Shown here: in pieces, positions 10,660-24,567 of the stretch
Position numbering within the stretch: the first letter of the stretch is position 1
Layout: each line of letters starts with the position of its first letter
Assembly: GCF_030028105.1 (NCBI RefSeq)
Contig: NC_092375.1
Location: 44,181,130 to 44,245,129, forward strand
Direction of reading: 5' to 3'
Origin: Mobula birostris
Lineage: Eukaryota
DNA: 64,000 bases
Notes under the pieces: generated by a model
What the model was told of the DNA's origin: nothing
The model's input: only the letters and a program-made list of their open reading frames with translations
The model's database searches: none
Program-made: the position numbers and the translations under genes

Positions 10660-13600
10660 TTAGAGAGACTGAAAATCTGGTTGAGTCACGAGAGCCCTGC
10701 TGGCAGCTGATGGAGTATCAACATTTTAGATTACTCCTACCCTTTTTACCTTATTGTCTCCTACCAGTGTTTTTTTTGAAACCTTATTATAATACTTTAA
10801 TACTGCTTTACTATGGCTGGGAAAAGAGCAAAAGCTTCTGCAAAAGAAAGAGAAACAGAAGACGAATCCCCAGTCACTTTGGAATCAATCAGTGACTTCC
10901 TTAAACGGCAAAAATCTGAATTCTCCAAGGAGTTTCAACAGCTTAATGGCAAATTGGATACAATCCAACAAACTTTAACTGAGCACGAGAACCAAATTCA
11001 GGAAAATACTGCAAAACTGGTGACATTTGAAGAGGACGTTGAAGATACATCTAACCTCTGCGAAGAGTTATCCTTAACCAATGAAAAAATTATGAAAAGG
11101 ATTATCAGTCTAGAAAATAGAAACAGGAGAAATAACTTGCGAATTCTAGGTCTTCAATCAATTGAAGGCACTGACCCTACAAAGTTCTTTGCAAACTTTC
11201 CGAAAAAGCTACTCCCTGTTCTACTGACTTCTGAGTTGAAGCTTGATCAAGCTTTTCACTCGCCGACTTCCAAGCCATTGTCGTCGGCTGCGAGACCCAA
11301 GTCGGTCACTCTAAGTTTTCATGAATTTCATAATAAAGACCTTTTAATTCGCCATACCCGTCGACAAGGAATGATTGACTTCCATGGTTACAAGGTCAGA
11401 TTTGTGGAAGATTATTCGCCTGAAGTTACGGCTGATCATATGAAATATAAAGAAGTTATGTCGAAATTTTATGATAAAGGATTTGCACCTTATGAAGGAG
11501 GAGAAGATGGAGGCGCGATGCAGCTCGCAGCAGCCACTCCGGTGAATGATATCTGTGCACAATCCTGATTTGATGGAGACAGACGTGACAGCACGGAGGA
11601 ACATCCAGTGAAACTACTGAAATGCCTGTTTCACTGCTGTTCGCTGCTACCGTGTGATCCAGAATCCCCAGAGGGGAAGGCCCCGAGTCCTCGGATTTGC
11701 TTGTTGCTCGGCGGCCAGGGCGGGGTTGAAGCACTCGGCCGAGATGGTGCTCGGTGTCGGAGGGCTGGTTGGAGGCTCGAAGTTTTTGGACGGACTCAGA
11801 ATTGGCTGCAGTCCGGTGCTTCCAACGCATCAGCAAGTTTGCGGCGCTTGGAGGCAGGGAGAGTTTCTCCCTTCTACCCTCAGCATGAGATGATGGGGCT
11901 ATCGGGACTTGAGCCATTTTTTTTTACCATGCCCATGGTCTGCTCTTCATCAAATTACGGTATTGCTTTGCACTGTTGTAACTATATGTTATAATTATGT
12001 TAGTTTTGGTTTGTCCTGTGTTTCTGTGATATCTCTCTGGAGCGACATTGTATCATTTTTTAATGCATGCATTTCTAAATGACAATAAACGAGGACTGAG
12101 TGTCCTCGTAATCTAATCTAATCTAAACCATCCCTTCTGTTTCCCACCCATCTGAGTATTGATTTGAAGAAAACAGATTGCGAAAAAGAATAAAGTTGGT
12201 TGAAAACGCAAAGGAGTTTCTGAAGGATGAAGCCTAAAACTGTTATATTTCTTATTTGATCAATTTTCTCCTCTGTTAATATGAATTTGAAATAAGGTTT
12301 CAATAAGCCTATGTTTTGGTTGTTCGTATATTGTTTTTTGTTGCATTTTTTTAATACTTTTTTATTATATCCCTTTTTGAGGCTTTATTTTAATACAGCT
12401 TTCTTTGAATTTGTTTAAACTAATCCTTTTATATTTCTGAATTCTGAGTTATTTTTCTTTTTATGTTGTGTCTTGGTAGGGACATATTTGACCTTGTAGG
12501 ATCGGAGTTTCTGTCAACAGGATTTTTTGGGGAGGGAACTTATTTGTTAAGCTCGCTGATTGTCTATTGGTCAGCTTTCTTGCTTTGGGTGGGGGAGGGA
12601 GTAGGGCCTATTTCTCTCTGGGAGCTGTGTTGGGTCGGTTATATGACTGCCTCTTTGACTACCTTACCTTACGGTTTGCTTTCTAGTTTTTATAACTTAT
12701 GGCCAGATATTTTAATTACATAATGATTTCTATTTAAAATGGTTCAAAATACTAACTTATTTAGTTTGAATATGAAAGGGCTGAATCATCCCATTAAACA
12801 GAACAAAGTGTTTGCTTATATTAAAAAATTAAAAGCACCCATTATTTTCTTACAAGAAACACACATACGCAACTGTGATAGCTTACATTTGTTTACTCGG
12901 TGGAAGGGTATGCAGTTCCACTCTTCGTTTGATGGAAAATCACGTGAAGTTTTGATTTTTGTAGATAATAGCTTCCTTTGTTCAGCATACAGTTGTTTCG
13001 GATCCTAATGGTCGATTTGTTATTGTATCAGCGAGTTTAGACAGTAAATTGATTGTTTGCCAGATTTGTGTACTTACTCTCTTGTGATGGGAGGAGATTT
13101 TACCTGCTGGTTAGATCCAGTATTAGATCACTTATCTGTCAAACCAGCCACACTTAATAAATCAGCTTTGTTTATCCAACCCTTTCTAACTAAGTGTGGT
13201 ATAGTTGATGTTTGGCATTTTCTTCATCCGACGGACAGGGAGTATTCTTTTTTCTCTCATGCCCATCATTCTTATACCAGGATTGATTATTTTTTTATTG
13301 ACAGTCAAATGATTCCATTGGTTCAATCGATTGAATATAAAGAGATTGCTATTTCTGACCACTCTCCTGTACTTCTATCTTTAAATCTCCCTGGTTCTAT
13401 CCCTATGAGTAGATTTTGGCGATTTAATTTAATTCTGCTATCCGATGAGGACTTTTTAAAACTTATGGAAAATCAAATTACTTTTTTTTTTGAAGAAAAT
13501 ACTTTGGAAGAGACGTCTTGTCTTATTATATGGGATACTTTTAAAGCATATATCCAGGGTCAAATTATGTCTTATACTGCAAATATCATTATAAAAGCTA

Positions 13601-16600
13601 ACAAAGAGAGAAACGAACTAGCTATTCAGTTAAAACTGGACCATAAATATGCTTCGATACCCGACCCTGAAACATATAAGAGACGTATTGAAACCAAAAC
13701 TAAATATGATCTTCTTTTAACCCATCCTATTGAAAGCCAGCTTATAAAAGATAGAAGTCAATTTTATATTCACGGAGATAAAACTGGTAAGCTACCGGTT
13801 AATCAATTGAAGCCATTTTTAGCCAAGTGGCAAATTAAAGAAATACCTAAAATTAATGGGGACATTAGTGAGAGTAAGAGTTCAGCACGGACTAGAAGGG
13901 CCGAGATGGCCTGTTTCCATGCTGTAATTGTTATATGGTTATATGACAACTGACCACTTTGAAATTAATGACACTTTGAGGGAATTTTATTTCAAAATGT
14001 ATAGTTCTGACTCTGTTAAGGATAATATTGCAATGAATAATTTTTTAGATCAAGTGAATATTCCTAATCTTTCAATAGATGATCGTAGGCAATTGGATTA
14101 ACCCATTTCCCAGGAGGAAATTGCTCAGGCTATTCAAGAATTGCATTCTGGGAAATCCCCAGGATCCGATGGATTCTCTGCAGAGTTTTATAAGGCTTTT
14201 TCCTCCCTTATACCACACTTATGTTCTACCCTTACAGATTCCTTTAAGGTAGGAAGATTACCGCTGTCTTTTTTACGAAGCTTCCATTTCGCTTCTTCTC
14301 AAAAAGAATAAGAATCCTACTGAATGTTCTTCGTATAGACCTATCTCTTTACTCAGTTTTGATAACTAAAATTTTATCTAAAGTGTTGGATCGCAGACTT
14401 GAAAATAGTTTATCTTCTATAGATTCAGATGATCAGACAGGATTTATTAAAAAGCGATATTCCAATTTTAATATATGGCCTTTGTTAAATGTTATGCATT
14501 CTCCATCTAAGGAAATATCGGAATGTGTGATATCTTTGGATGCAGAGAAGGCCTTTGACAGAGTTGAATAGAATTTACATCCTTAGAAAAAAGTAATTTT
14601 GAACCTAATTTTATTCATTGGATTAAATTACTTTATTTATCTCCCTCCGCTCGGGTCCTTACTAATCTTCAGAATTCTAAACCCCTTAAACTCCACCGTG
14701 GAACTAGACAAAGTTGTCCTTTGAGCCCTCTGCTTTCTGATTTGGTATTAGAACCCTTAGCAATTGCTTTTCAAGTGTCTAAAGAGATTACTGGTATTTT
14801 AAGGAGAGGTACTATCCATAAAGTGTTGCTCTATGCTGATGACTTATTGCTTTTTCTATCTAATGTTATAACCTCCTTACCATTTGTGTTTCGTTTACTG
14901 ACTAATTTTAGTCAGTTCTCAGGACATAAACTAAATTTACATAAAAGTAAACTGTTTCCTTTAAACAATTTAATACCAACTAATATTAACCTTCCTTTTA
15001 AAATTTAACAAAAGCAATTTATGTATTTAGGAGTAACAATTACTAAGAAATATAAAGATTTATTAAAGGAAAATTTTTTAACTTTATTGAATTAAGTTAA
15101 AAAAGCACTTTCTAGTTGGTCGCCTCTCTATCTATCATTGATTGGCCAAATTAATTCTATTAAAATGAATATCTTACCTAAATTTATATACCTCTTTTCA
15201 AGCTGTGCCTGTTTTTATTCCTAAAACTTTTTTTGACTCTTTGGATTCAATTCTTTCTTCTTATAAATGGAAGAATACCAAACCTCTTATAAATAAAGCT
15301 CACCTTCAAAAAAAAACAAACAGAATGGTGGCTTTGCCTTACCCAACTTTAGCTTATATTATTGGGCAATTAATATACAAAATATTACGTTCTAGATATA
15401 TTACATTAACCATGAGAATTGCCCTATATGGGTTTCTTTGGAAGTCAAGTCTATTATGAAATTTTCCATTATTTCTTTACTTGGATCCTCACTTCTTTTA
15501 TCTTTAAATAAGCTAACTGACAATCTGGTGGTCAAACATACTTTGAGGATTTGGTTACAGTTCAGAAAACATTTTGGTTTATTGAGATTCTCCCTCTCGA
15601 GCCTCATCTTTTCTAATTGTTTTTTAAACCATCTTTAATTGACTTATCTTTCAAAGAATGGGATAGATAGGGTATTAAACGATTTTAGCATTTGTTTGAT
15701 GGAGAGAATCTCTTCTTTTTTGCAACTTTCAACGAAATTTAACCTTCGCAATACCCACTTTTTTCAATATTTACAGCTTAGAGATTTTTAAAGATCTCAA
15801 TTACATACATTTCCTACAAGTCCAGATAAGGATAATAGATACAATTTTTAATCTGAAACCCTTTGACAACGGTTCAATATCTTACATTTATGGTCTGCTA
15901 TTGGGACTGAAAAAGGCCTATTTAGACAAATTTAAAGGAGACTGGGAAAAGGATTTACAGATTTTCAAATCTGAAGAGAGCTGAAGATTATTTTAAAATT
16001 GATTAATTTTTCATCATTATGTGCTCGTCATTTTCTATTACAATGCAAAGTGGTACATAGAGTTCATATGTCTAAAGACAAGCTCTCTCGTTTCTACGCA
16101 AATATTTCCCCTTACTGTGACAGATGTACTAATGGAATGGCCACACTAATTCATACGTTCTGGACATGTCTGAGCCTTGAAAAATTTTGGAAAGATGTAT
16201 TTCAAACTTTTTCTGTACTCTTCAATGTTACTTTTAAGCCCAATCCTTTGACTGCCATGTTTGGTATTGTCAAGGATAGCGCGACAAAACTGAAGCCATC
16301 TAATTTGCGGGTATTGGCCTTTATGTCTCTTATGGCCAGGAGGGTGATCTTGCTCAAGTGGAAGGAGACTGCCCCGCCCACTCATGCTCAATGGCTATCT
16401 GATGTTATGTTATGCCTTGATATAGAGAAGATTCATTGTTCGATTTCTGGTTCAAAACGTGATTTTCTAATGTTATGGGGACCCTTTCTGAGTTATTTTC
16501 ATAATCTTTGAACTGTTATTAAAGTATGGATCTGAGCCATTATATTATTATATTATTATTATAATATTAATTGTAAAGGTATCTCTTTTTTTCCTTCTCT

Positions 16601-16830
16601 TTTTCTTTAACCAACCAGCACATTTTGGTAGTGGGGGTAGATTTTTGCTAATAAAATACAATTATTTTATCTTATTTCATTTCATAATTCAATTTTTTTT
16701 CTACGATTGATTTGGAATATGGGATACTGTGTTTTAAATGTAATGCAATTTATATTACTTATTTGTATCCTAATGAATTTTGTATTTGTATTTATGCAAT
16801 TTATATAATATTAATTAAAATATAGAAAGA
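10660..16830 (+). mobile_element. Near full-length decayed L1-clade LINE in intron 1 of the B7 gene (antisense)
   Basis: ORF1 with coiled coil and LENRNRRNNLRILG (10813-11489, resuming ~12127). ORF2 pieces: APE endonuclease (IIFLQETH, SDHSPV), RT (DAEKAFDRVE, LYADDLLL), CCHC (CDRC...HTFWTC). A/T-rich 3' tail. End points approximate. Confidence 0.9.
11490..12126 (+). mobile_element. Short retroelement inserted into L1 ORF1
   Basis: Splits the L1 ORF1 reading KGFAP|SLLFP, with 'acc' on both sides. Ends in aataaa...(taatc)n tail. Confidence 0.65.
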
Positions 16831-16899
16831 GAAAATCCGGTTAAGTGATGCCAAAACACTAGTCCCTCACTCAGCGTCAGCAAAACCTAAGAGCTGATT

Positions 16900-18230
16900 A
16901 TCATCTGCAGGAGGATGAAGCTCATTCCGGGAATGGAAGTGGAGAAGGCAGTAGCTTTAAATTTCTTGGCGCTGATATATCAGAGAATATTTCCTGGAAC
17001 CAGCAACTAAGTGTTATCACAAAGAAGGCACAACAGTGCCCTTACTTTCTTAGAAGTTTATGCATTCCTGGCATGTCACAAAGAATTCCGACAATCTTCT
17101 ACAGATGCACAGTATAAAGTATCCAAACTAGTTGCATCATGGCTCAGCATGGAAAGTTGTGCCCGGGAATGGTGAAGGTTACAGAAAGTAGTGGATACAG
17201 CCCAGTCCATCACAGTCAAAGCCCTTCCCACCATTGAGGATATTTACATGGAATGCTGCGACAAGAAAATAGCATCCATCATTAAAGACCCCCACCAAAT
17301 GGGCCAGTCTCTTTTCTATACTACCGCTGGGCAGGAGGTACAGAAGCTTAGGCTCCCAGGGACAGTTATTACCCTACTACCATCAGACTCCTGTTCCAGA
17401 AAGGATAATTTCAATCACCCTGACTCTGAACTGATTCTATGACTTACAGACTCACTTTCAAGGATCCTTTACAACTCATTTTTATGTGCACAATTCATCA
17501 TTTGCACATTAGCTGTCAGTTGTTTGTCACTTTGTCTACTCATGAATAATTTTTCATAAAATTCTACTTTGAATTGATTTGAATTATTTAAATGATACAT
17601 CCGTCCCGCAACACAAGGGAGTAAAAATCTTCCGTCACAATGTCTAATGGCTTGTAGAAAGAAGCTGTTCCGTAGCCTGTTGGTCCTGGCTTCAATGTTG
17701 CGGTACCATTTACCAGACAGAAGCAGCTGAAACAGTTTATGGCTGGGGGTGAGTGGTGTCCCCGATTATCTTCCAAGCCTTCTTTATGCACCTACTGTTA
17801 TAAATGTCCTCAATGGAGGGAAGTTCACATCCACAGATGCACTAGGCTGTCCGTACCACTCTGCAGTACCCAGCGATCAAGGTTGGTGCAGTTCCCATAC
17901 CAGGCGGTGATGGAGCCAGACAGAATGCTCTCAATGGGGCCCCTGTAGAAGGTCTTGAGGATTTGGGGGCTCATGCCGAACTTTTTCAGTCGCCTGAGGT
18001 GGAAGAGACGCTGCTGTGCTGTTGTTGGCACACAGCCAGTGTGTACATTCCAGATGAGATCATTGGTGATGTGAATACTGAGGAACTTGAAACTACTCAC
18101 CCTCTCAACCACAGTCCCATTGGTATCTCCATTCCTCTTGTAATCCACAATCAGCTGTTTTGTTTTTGTTTGGTACGTCTTTTTTTCCCCTGTAAACACC
18201 TTCAAGAAAAAGTAATCTCAAGGTAGTATT
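16900..18230. mobile_element. Rex1/Babar-type LINE fragments in both orientations
   Basis: Motifs VERVSSFKFL, AQQRLFHLRRL...FYR..IESIL...ITAWYGN; + strand piece ~16900-17560, - strand piece ~17590-18230. Confidence 0.7.
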
Positions 18231-18539
18231 TGGTAACATATAGTATGTATCAGTCCTGAAGAAGGGTCTCGGCCCAAAACATCAATTGTTTACTCTCTTC
18301 CACAGATGCCGCCTGACCTGCTAAGTTCCTCCAGCACTTAGTGAGTGTTGCTAGGGTAACATATAGGTACTTTGATAACTTCACTTTGACTTTGATCTCT
18401 GGAAGGAGATGGACAGTTGATATTTCAGGTCAACACTTGTTATCTGGATCCTTCAATCCAATGAATGGTCTTGACTCGAAACATCGACTGTCCATTTCCC
18501 TGCACAAATACTACCTGATCCACTGTGATCCGGCAGTCT

Positions 18540-19650
18540 GACCATACATAGAAGCAGAAGTCGGACATTCAACCAATTAAGTCTGCTCTGCCATTTCATC
18601 ATGACTAATTTATTATCTCTCTCAATCACATTCCCATGCCTTCTCCTCGTAACATCTGACACCTTGACTCAACCCATCTCCATTTTAAACATAATGACTT
18701 GGCCTCCATAGCCACCTGTGGCAATAGATTCCACAGATTCATTTTCCCTCTGGCTAAAGAAATTTCTCTACATCTCTGTTCTAAATGGACGTCCCTTTAT
18801 TCTGAGGCTGGGACCTCTAGTCCTAGGCTCACTCACGAAAGGAAACTTCCTCTCCAATTCCACTCTAAGCCTTTCAATATTTAATAGCTTTCAATGAGAT
18901 CTCCCCCTCATTCTTCTAAACTCCAGCAAGTACATGCTCCTCATATGTTAACCCTTTCATTCCCAGAATCATTCCCATGAACCTCCTCTGGAGGAGCACA
19001 TCTTTTCTTGGATAAGGGGCCCAAAACTGCTCACAATACTCAAAGACCAGTCTGACCAATGCTTTATAAAGCCTCAGGATCACATCTTTTCTCTTATATT
19101 CTAGTCCTCTCCAGATGAATGCAAACATTGTATTCGCCTTCCTTATCACCAACTCACCCTGCAAGTTAACCTTGAGGGAATCCTGCAGCACTCCCAAGTC
19201 CCACTGCACCTCTGATTTTTGAATTTTCTCCCCATTTACAAAATAGTCTACGCTTTTATTCCTTCTACCAATGTGCATGACCGTACACTATATTCCATCT
19301 ATTCTAGCAACTTTTACGTGTGTTGCTATATTCCAACTGCCACTTTTTTGCTCATTGTCCCAAACTGTCTGTCCTTCTGTAGACTCCCTACTTCCTCAAC
19401 ACTATCTGCCCTTGCACTAATCTTTGTATCATCCGCAGTCTTCGCCACAAAGCCATCAATTTCATCATCCAAATTATTGCAATAACATAAAAAGAAGCAG
19501 TCCCGATACCGACCCCTGCAGAGCATCGCTAGTCACCAGCTGCCAACCAGAGTAGGCCTCCTTTCTGCCAACTCTTTGCCTCCTGCCAGTCAGCCAATCA
19601 TCTATTCATGCTAGTATCTTTCTTGTAATACCATGGACTCTTATGTCTAA
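18540..19650 (-). mobile_element. CR1 LINE 3' fragment
   Basis: ORFs GFVAKTADDTKI and LYKALVRL..EYCEQFW. Confidence 0.8.
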
Positions 19651-20537
19651 TAGTAAGTGTTCCTTATGAAAGCCAGAGCAAAACAATGATTGTAAACTGA
19701 GTTGAACATAAGAAACACTAAAAGTGATTCCAACACATTTTCACTTTTAAATCTTACATCCTGTATACTAAGCGTTTAGGAATTCTACACATGGGTATTA
19801 AGGAGGCCAAAAAACTATTAGAAGAAATTGCTTCTAAACAAAATGTCTTTGCTGCAATTGGCATTAGATGCTCTCAAATGTCCACAACATGAGATTTCAA
19901 CCTTTGACTCCATACATTGAATAACCCGAAGTGCATAATCATATTCTTTATCAAAGTACCAAGTGCAGAAAATCTGGCTAGAAAGATTAACATAAATTGC
20001 TGCTATTGTGTTTATAAAATATGTGAAGCTCTCAAACTCCTTTACCAAAAAAAAATTCAAAACGGAGACATTATGTTAACTTTATGTAGAAAACGTTGCT
20101 TTTACCACACGTGGGAGAACTGTTCTGGGGACCACATGAAAACATCGAGACAGTAAAGAAAATGTTCAAAAACTTAATTATACAGTACCAGGGCGATTTG
20201 GTTTCACACTGAGGAAAGGCCATTACTACAAAAACTGTATACCAACTTAACGAAAGCCTCAAAAATATTTTCAAGATTAAGAGTTATCTAAAAATAATTG
20301 ACTATAAATATCAAGCCATCAAATATTCAAGATCGTCATCCTCCCTAACTAAGATGGGGGGTTGGGCCAAGGGCCTCCGCCATAATGTACTTCCATACTT
20401 TCCACCGCCAAAATCAATGTTCAAACCTTTTAAAATCTCTCACATAAAAGTAGATGTTATAAACACTCAGAAGGTCATCGTGGAAAGAGAAAATTAGGGC
20501 ACATTTCTGGTCGGCAACCTGAAATATTAACTCTGCT

Positions 20538-20625
20538 ACACACATCAAAGTTGCTGGTGAACGCAGCAGGCCAGGCAGCATCTCTAGGAAGAGGTACAGT
20601 CGACGTTTCGGGCCGAGACCCTTCG
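20538..20625. mobile_element. Truncated young Penelope pLTR copy with 11-bp TSD
   Basis: TSD ttaactctgct at 20527-20537 and 20626-20636. The minus-strand hammerhead is cut inside its CUGANGA box. Confidence 0.7.
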
Positions 20626-20901
20626 TTAACTCTGCTTCTCTCTCCATGGATGCGACCTGATCTGCTGCGTGTTTCCAATATTTTTCCGATTTGTTACATC
20701 TCCGGTATCTGCGGACATTTCTGCTCTTCTATAATCTCTCAACGCCTTGTTAGTACCTATTCCCAATAAAGCACGAACAATATATCGCATTATCACGATC
20801 AATAATCTTAGTAGACCTCGTAATATTAAATAGATCAAACATGCTTTCAGCTAGAATAATAACCTGCAAAATATCCTCAAAAACGTAGAATTTACATGTA
20901 C

Positions 20902-21130
20902 CTTAGCAGAAAACCCGGTTTCGTCCCGGTCCTACGATCTTCTCAAAACCCCTTTTGCGGTAAAGTGTCTAACCTCTGAACACAAACAAGAAAAAAAACT
21001 AGTAGAGAGGAAGGATCTGAGCTGAGCACCAATAAAACGCCGCGCCGAACGTTTCGTCACTAGTTGTTGGGCAGAAAGGAACTGAACAGGTTGCGCTCGC
21101 AGCGATGCTCGTCCTTCATACCTTCCGCCG
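20902..21130 (-). other. Putative non-coding first exon of the B7/VTCN1-like gene (5' boundary uncertain)
   Basis: Donor CTAAG|gtacat at 20902/20901 inside the CpG island. The signal exon begins 1 nt before its ATG, so an upstream exon is required. Confidence 0.45.
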
Positions 21131-21653
21131 ATATAAACGCAGTCGCGAATCTGCCTTTGTTTTTAGGTACCGACATCATGAAGACGATATGCAAAGCCCC
21201 GCAATTATTTGAATACTCAAATATTAATGTTTTGTAATGTAGTACATTAATCAAAATACTTAGCTAATGAAAGTGAACTTTGCGGCAGCAGTACATTGCA
21301 AAACATGATAAATATAGAAAAAAACCGTGAATAGTGTTAAATAGGTAGTGCAAAAACAGAAATAGAAAAGTAGTGCGGTAGCGTTCGAGGGCTCAATGGC
21401 AGAGAGGACGAAGCTGTTCCCGAATCGCTGTGTGTGCGCCTTCAGGAACTGTGTGTACCTCCTTCCTGAAGGTTAACAATGAGAATCGGGCACGTTCGGA
21501 GTGGTGGGGTCCTTAATGATGGACGCCACAATATTAATTTGAATATCCGAATTGTTCTTCGGAATTTATTTCAAAATAATTTAGAACGAGTCATCGAAGA
21601 TCAGTGGCCATAAACGGACCAATTCCGAGTAATAGGAACTGCGTATAAACGGA

Positions 21654-21670
21654 GAAACGAAACTGAAAGT
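21654..21670. promoter_or_regulatory. ISRE/IRF-binding element
   Basis: GAAACGAAACTGAAAGT contains GAAANNGAAA-type repeats. A second near-match, GAAAGTGAACT, at 21269-21279. Confidence 0.5.
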
Positions 21671-24520
21671 GAGTGAGTGGAAATTTTGAAAACAATCCCC
21701 GCTTCACCCCCAACAGCCCGATCAGCGACCCTCCTATGGTATGATCATTATCGTCCGCAGTTATGTTTTGTATTTCTGTTGCGCGCTCGTATTGAAGAGT
21801 ATATGGGAACTTAAAAGTGTGCAGATGGCCGTTTTCGACAGCATAGTGACTGCTTCGCCGCCTCAGTGACCAGGGGTGTTGTCTGCACATTCTCCCTTGT
21901 GAGTATTTCGGTTTCGTCCCACATCCATGGTAGGTTAACAGGCTACAGTATATAGGTGAGTGGCAGGAGAATCAAGACACAGGCAATAGCTGTAAATAGA
22001 TAATGGGAAAATAAGAGGGGGGATGGCACTGATGGAAATGCTCTCAGAACCAGAATAGAATTGATGGGCTGAATGGCATTATTCTGTGTGGCTGTAGATA
22101 TATTAAAAATACACTCGGAGGAAAAAATGTCTGGTAGCAGCTGTAGGAAGAAACAGTTAATGTTTCAGGGCAATTAATTTTATCAGAACCAGGAAAAAAG
22201 TTGAAAGATAAAGCAAGGTGCAAAGAAAGGAATAGAAGAGGAAACAGGATTAATAATATTTGTGTTCGAAAAGCATGAACACGTGTGGCTGTGGCTTTTT
22301 GTGCTTGTACTGAGAGATTCCCCACAGTCCCTCAGGAAGGATCTCTGCTGGGGTAGTTCCAAAATACTTGCATAGTGATTAGGCACAATGCCTGGAGTTC
22401 AATTGCTGCAGCTCAGCTGCCAATATTGGGAACATTATGTCAGCTGTTGGACAGCCTGTACTAGCATTGTACATGATAACCATATTTAAAAATAGGGCCA
22501 ATGGTCCAATAAGAGGCAATTGGTAACCTATCTTTTTTATTCTCTTTTGTCTTTTCTTTCTTTTAACTGTTCATTCCTCCCTTTTTATACATATTCCTTG
22601 CTCATTCATGTTTATCCTCCCTTCTGCCTTTATCCTCCTCCCTCCCTCATCCTCCTTCATCCACTCCACCCTCATTCTACCACCCACTTCCATCCTCCAT
22701 CTTACCTTACTTTCCCAATTTCTTCCCTTTACTCCTTCCACCTCTCAATCTCTACCTCACTCTAACCTCTCTCCCTCTCCACCATTTCATTTCTCCTCTC
22801 CTCTATCAGCAATAGCCATAGGCAATTTGGAAAACTTATCAATACACTGTTATTGGCAAACATCTTTCTCCCCTTTTCACTGATCTATTTCAAGAGACTA
22901 CCAATAACATCACTGTTGGCAACACCATTGCTGTTGGCAGAACCTCAGATGAAGCTCAGGAGGTGTACAGGAGCAAGATAGATTGGCTGGTTTAGTGGTG
23001 AAATCACCCTACATCAGCAAGACCAAGGAATTGCTTGTGGACTTCAAGAAGGGTAAGTTGGGGGAATACACATCAGTCCTCATTGAGGGGTCAGCAATGG
23101 AAATGAAGAGCAGCTTCAGTTTCCTGGGCATCAACATTTCAGAGCATCTGTCCTTGACCCAACACATTGATGCAATCATGAAGAAGGAAATCATGAGTGG
23201 CTATTCTTCATTGGGAGTTTGGGGAGATTTGGTATGTAATGTGAGCAAGTTTCTGCAAACGTACATTGGAGTGCATTCTGACTGGTTGCATCAACGCCTG
23301 GTATAGAGGCTTTGTTCCTACTTCCCTCCTCCCACCTTTCTCCATTGCTGTGTTATCTCTGCCTTCTTAAGCCCATATCCTCTCACCTCCTCCTTCTGTT
23401 TCACCTTCTCCTGTACACCCTCCTGTTTCTCCCTTTCTGCTCTCCATCTCCATCACCATCACCTTCTCCCTTCACCTCGACCACCCTCTTCCCTTTGCTC
23501 CCACTATTTGCTGCTGAAAAATCTACTAAAACTCTCTCCCTCCTCCCAACCCCTCTTTTCTTTCTCCCATGTGCCTTCACATTCCTCTAATCCTGTATCA
23601 ACAGATGTCAAAAGTTAGGTTGGTTTAGCCAGTTGTCAAAGATGTTCTGCTCAGAATTTGATGTCAGTGAAGTTTGCAGACCTTTCTTTTACTTTCTTTA
23701 AACTTTTTCACTCTCTTCTTTCCTTCCATCCATATCCTTCTTCAGCCTTTCCTGCAATCATCTTTCCTCTCCATTCACTACACTTAGCTCTTCTATCAGT
23801 CAGGATTTCAAAGATGTTGACCAGGCAAATGAAAAAGAATGGACATCAAAGTCAGAATGACATGACTTAAAGAAAAATTTGCAAGAGTTGTGCTTCTTAC
23901 AGTATATCTTTGTTGCCCTTGTGTTTCGAATAGAAACTGTAAGCATATGCGATACTGCTGAAGAAAGCTTAACAAATAGCTGCAATGCATTCTATAGCTG
24001 CAGAGTGCAAACAGTCAGGCACACATGTCGTAGACCTTGTTCACTATCAAATCTTGAAACAGAAAGCTAAATGTTTGTTGACCTATTGAAATGTGGTTGT
24101 TAAACATCTTTTACCAATTTTGTTTCAATCTCCTGGGACATATTTTTAATAAATACAAGAAAAACTCAGGCTTCACACATTTTGTCACAATAATCAGTAG
24201 TATAATCCAAAAGAAGAACTGATGAAATTTGTATGTATATTAATGTAATTAAATGTATTTTTTTCTTTTGTCACACTATCATAAGTGCATTTAAAAATTG
24301 GTGTCTAACTAAGGAATTTGACAATTTTGGAATATCATTTAAACGTTTATTGAATATATCAGACTCTGCATTTCCTTTAATTACTAATAATCTGAAAGCA
24401 AGAATAATTTCTATTAAGCATGATATATGTACAACAGCTTTAAAAGCAGCCTTTCTCTTGCTGAGAATGTTCCAGAAAAAAACCATCACAGAAGATCAGC
24501 TCCATGTGGTTCCAGGTTAG

Positions 24521-24567
24521 TTAAATGATACGGGTACCATGGTTTCCAGCAAATTTGCCTTCTGGAA
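24521..24567 (-). other. Candidate terminal exon of the NKp30-like gene
   Basis: Strong acceptor tttcctttcaccttcag|. Phase-1 reading is (V)PEGKFAGNHGTRII*. AATAAA on the minus strand at 24346-24351. Confidence 0.3.

Larger units (their letters stand above)
20640..21900. promoter_or_regulatory. CpG-rich island, probable promoter region of the B7/VTCN1-like gene
   Basis: Visibly dense CpGs against a CpG-depleted background; lies 5' of the minus-strand signal exon. Confidence 0.6.

Noticed and set aside
21132-21137. TATA box for the B7 gene
   Set aside because: TATAAA reads on the plus strand, opposite to the gene.
22500-23600. Hydrophobic or Pro/Ser-rich ORFs as TM or mucin exons
   Set aside because: They come from low-complexity pyrimidine tracts and Rex1/Penelope debris, without paired splice sites.
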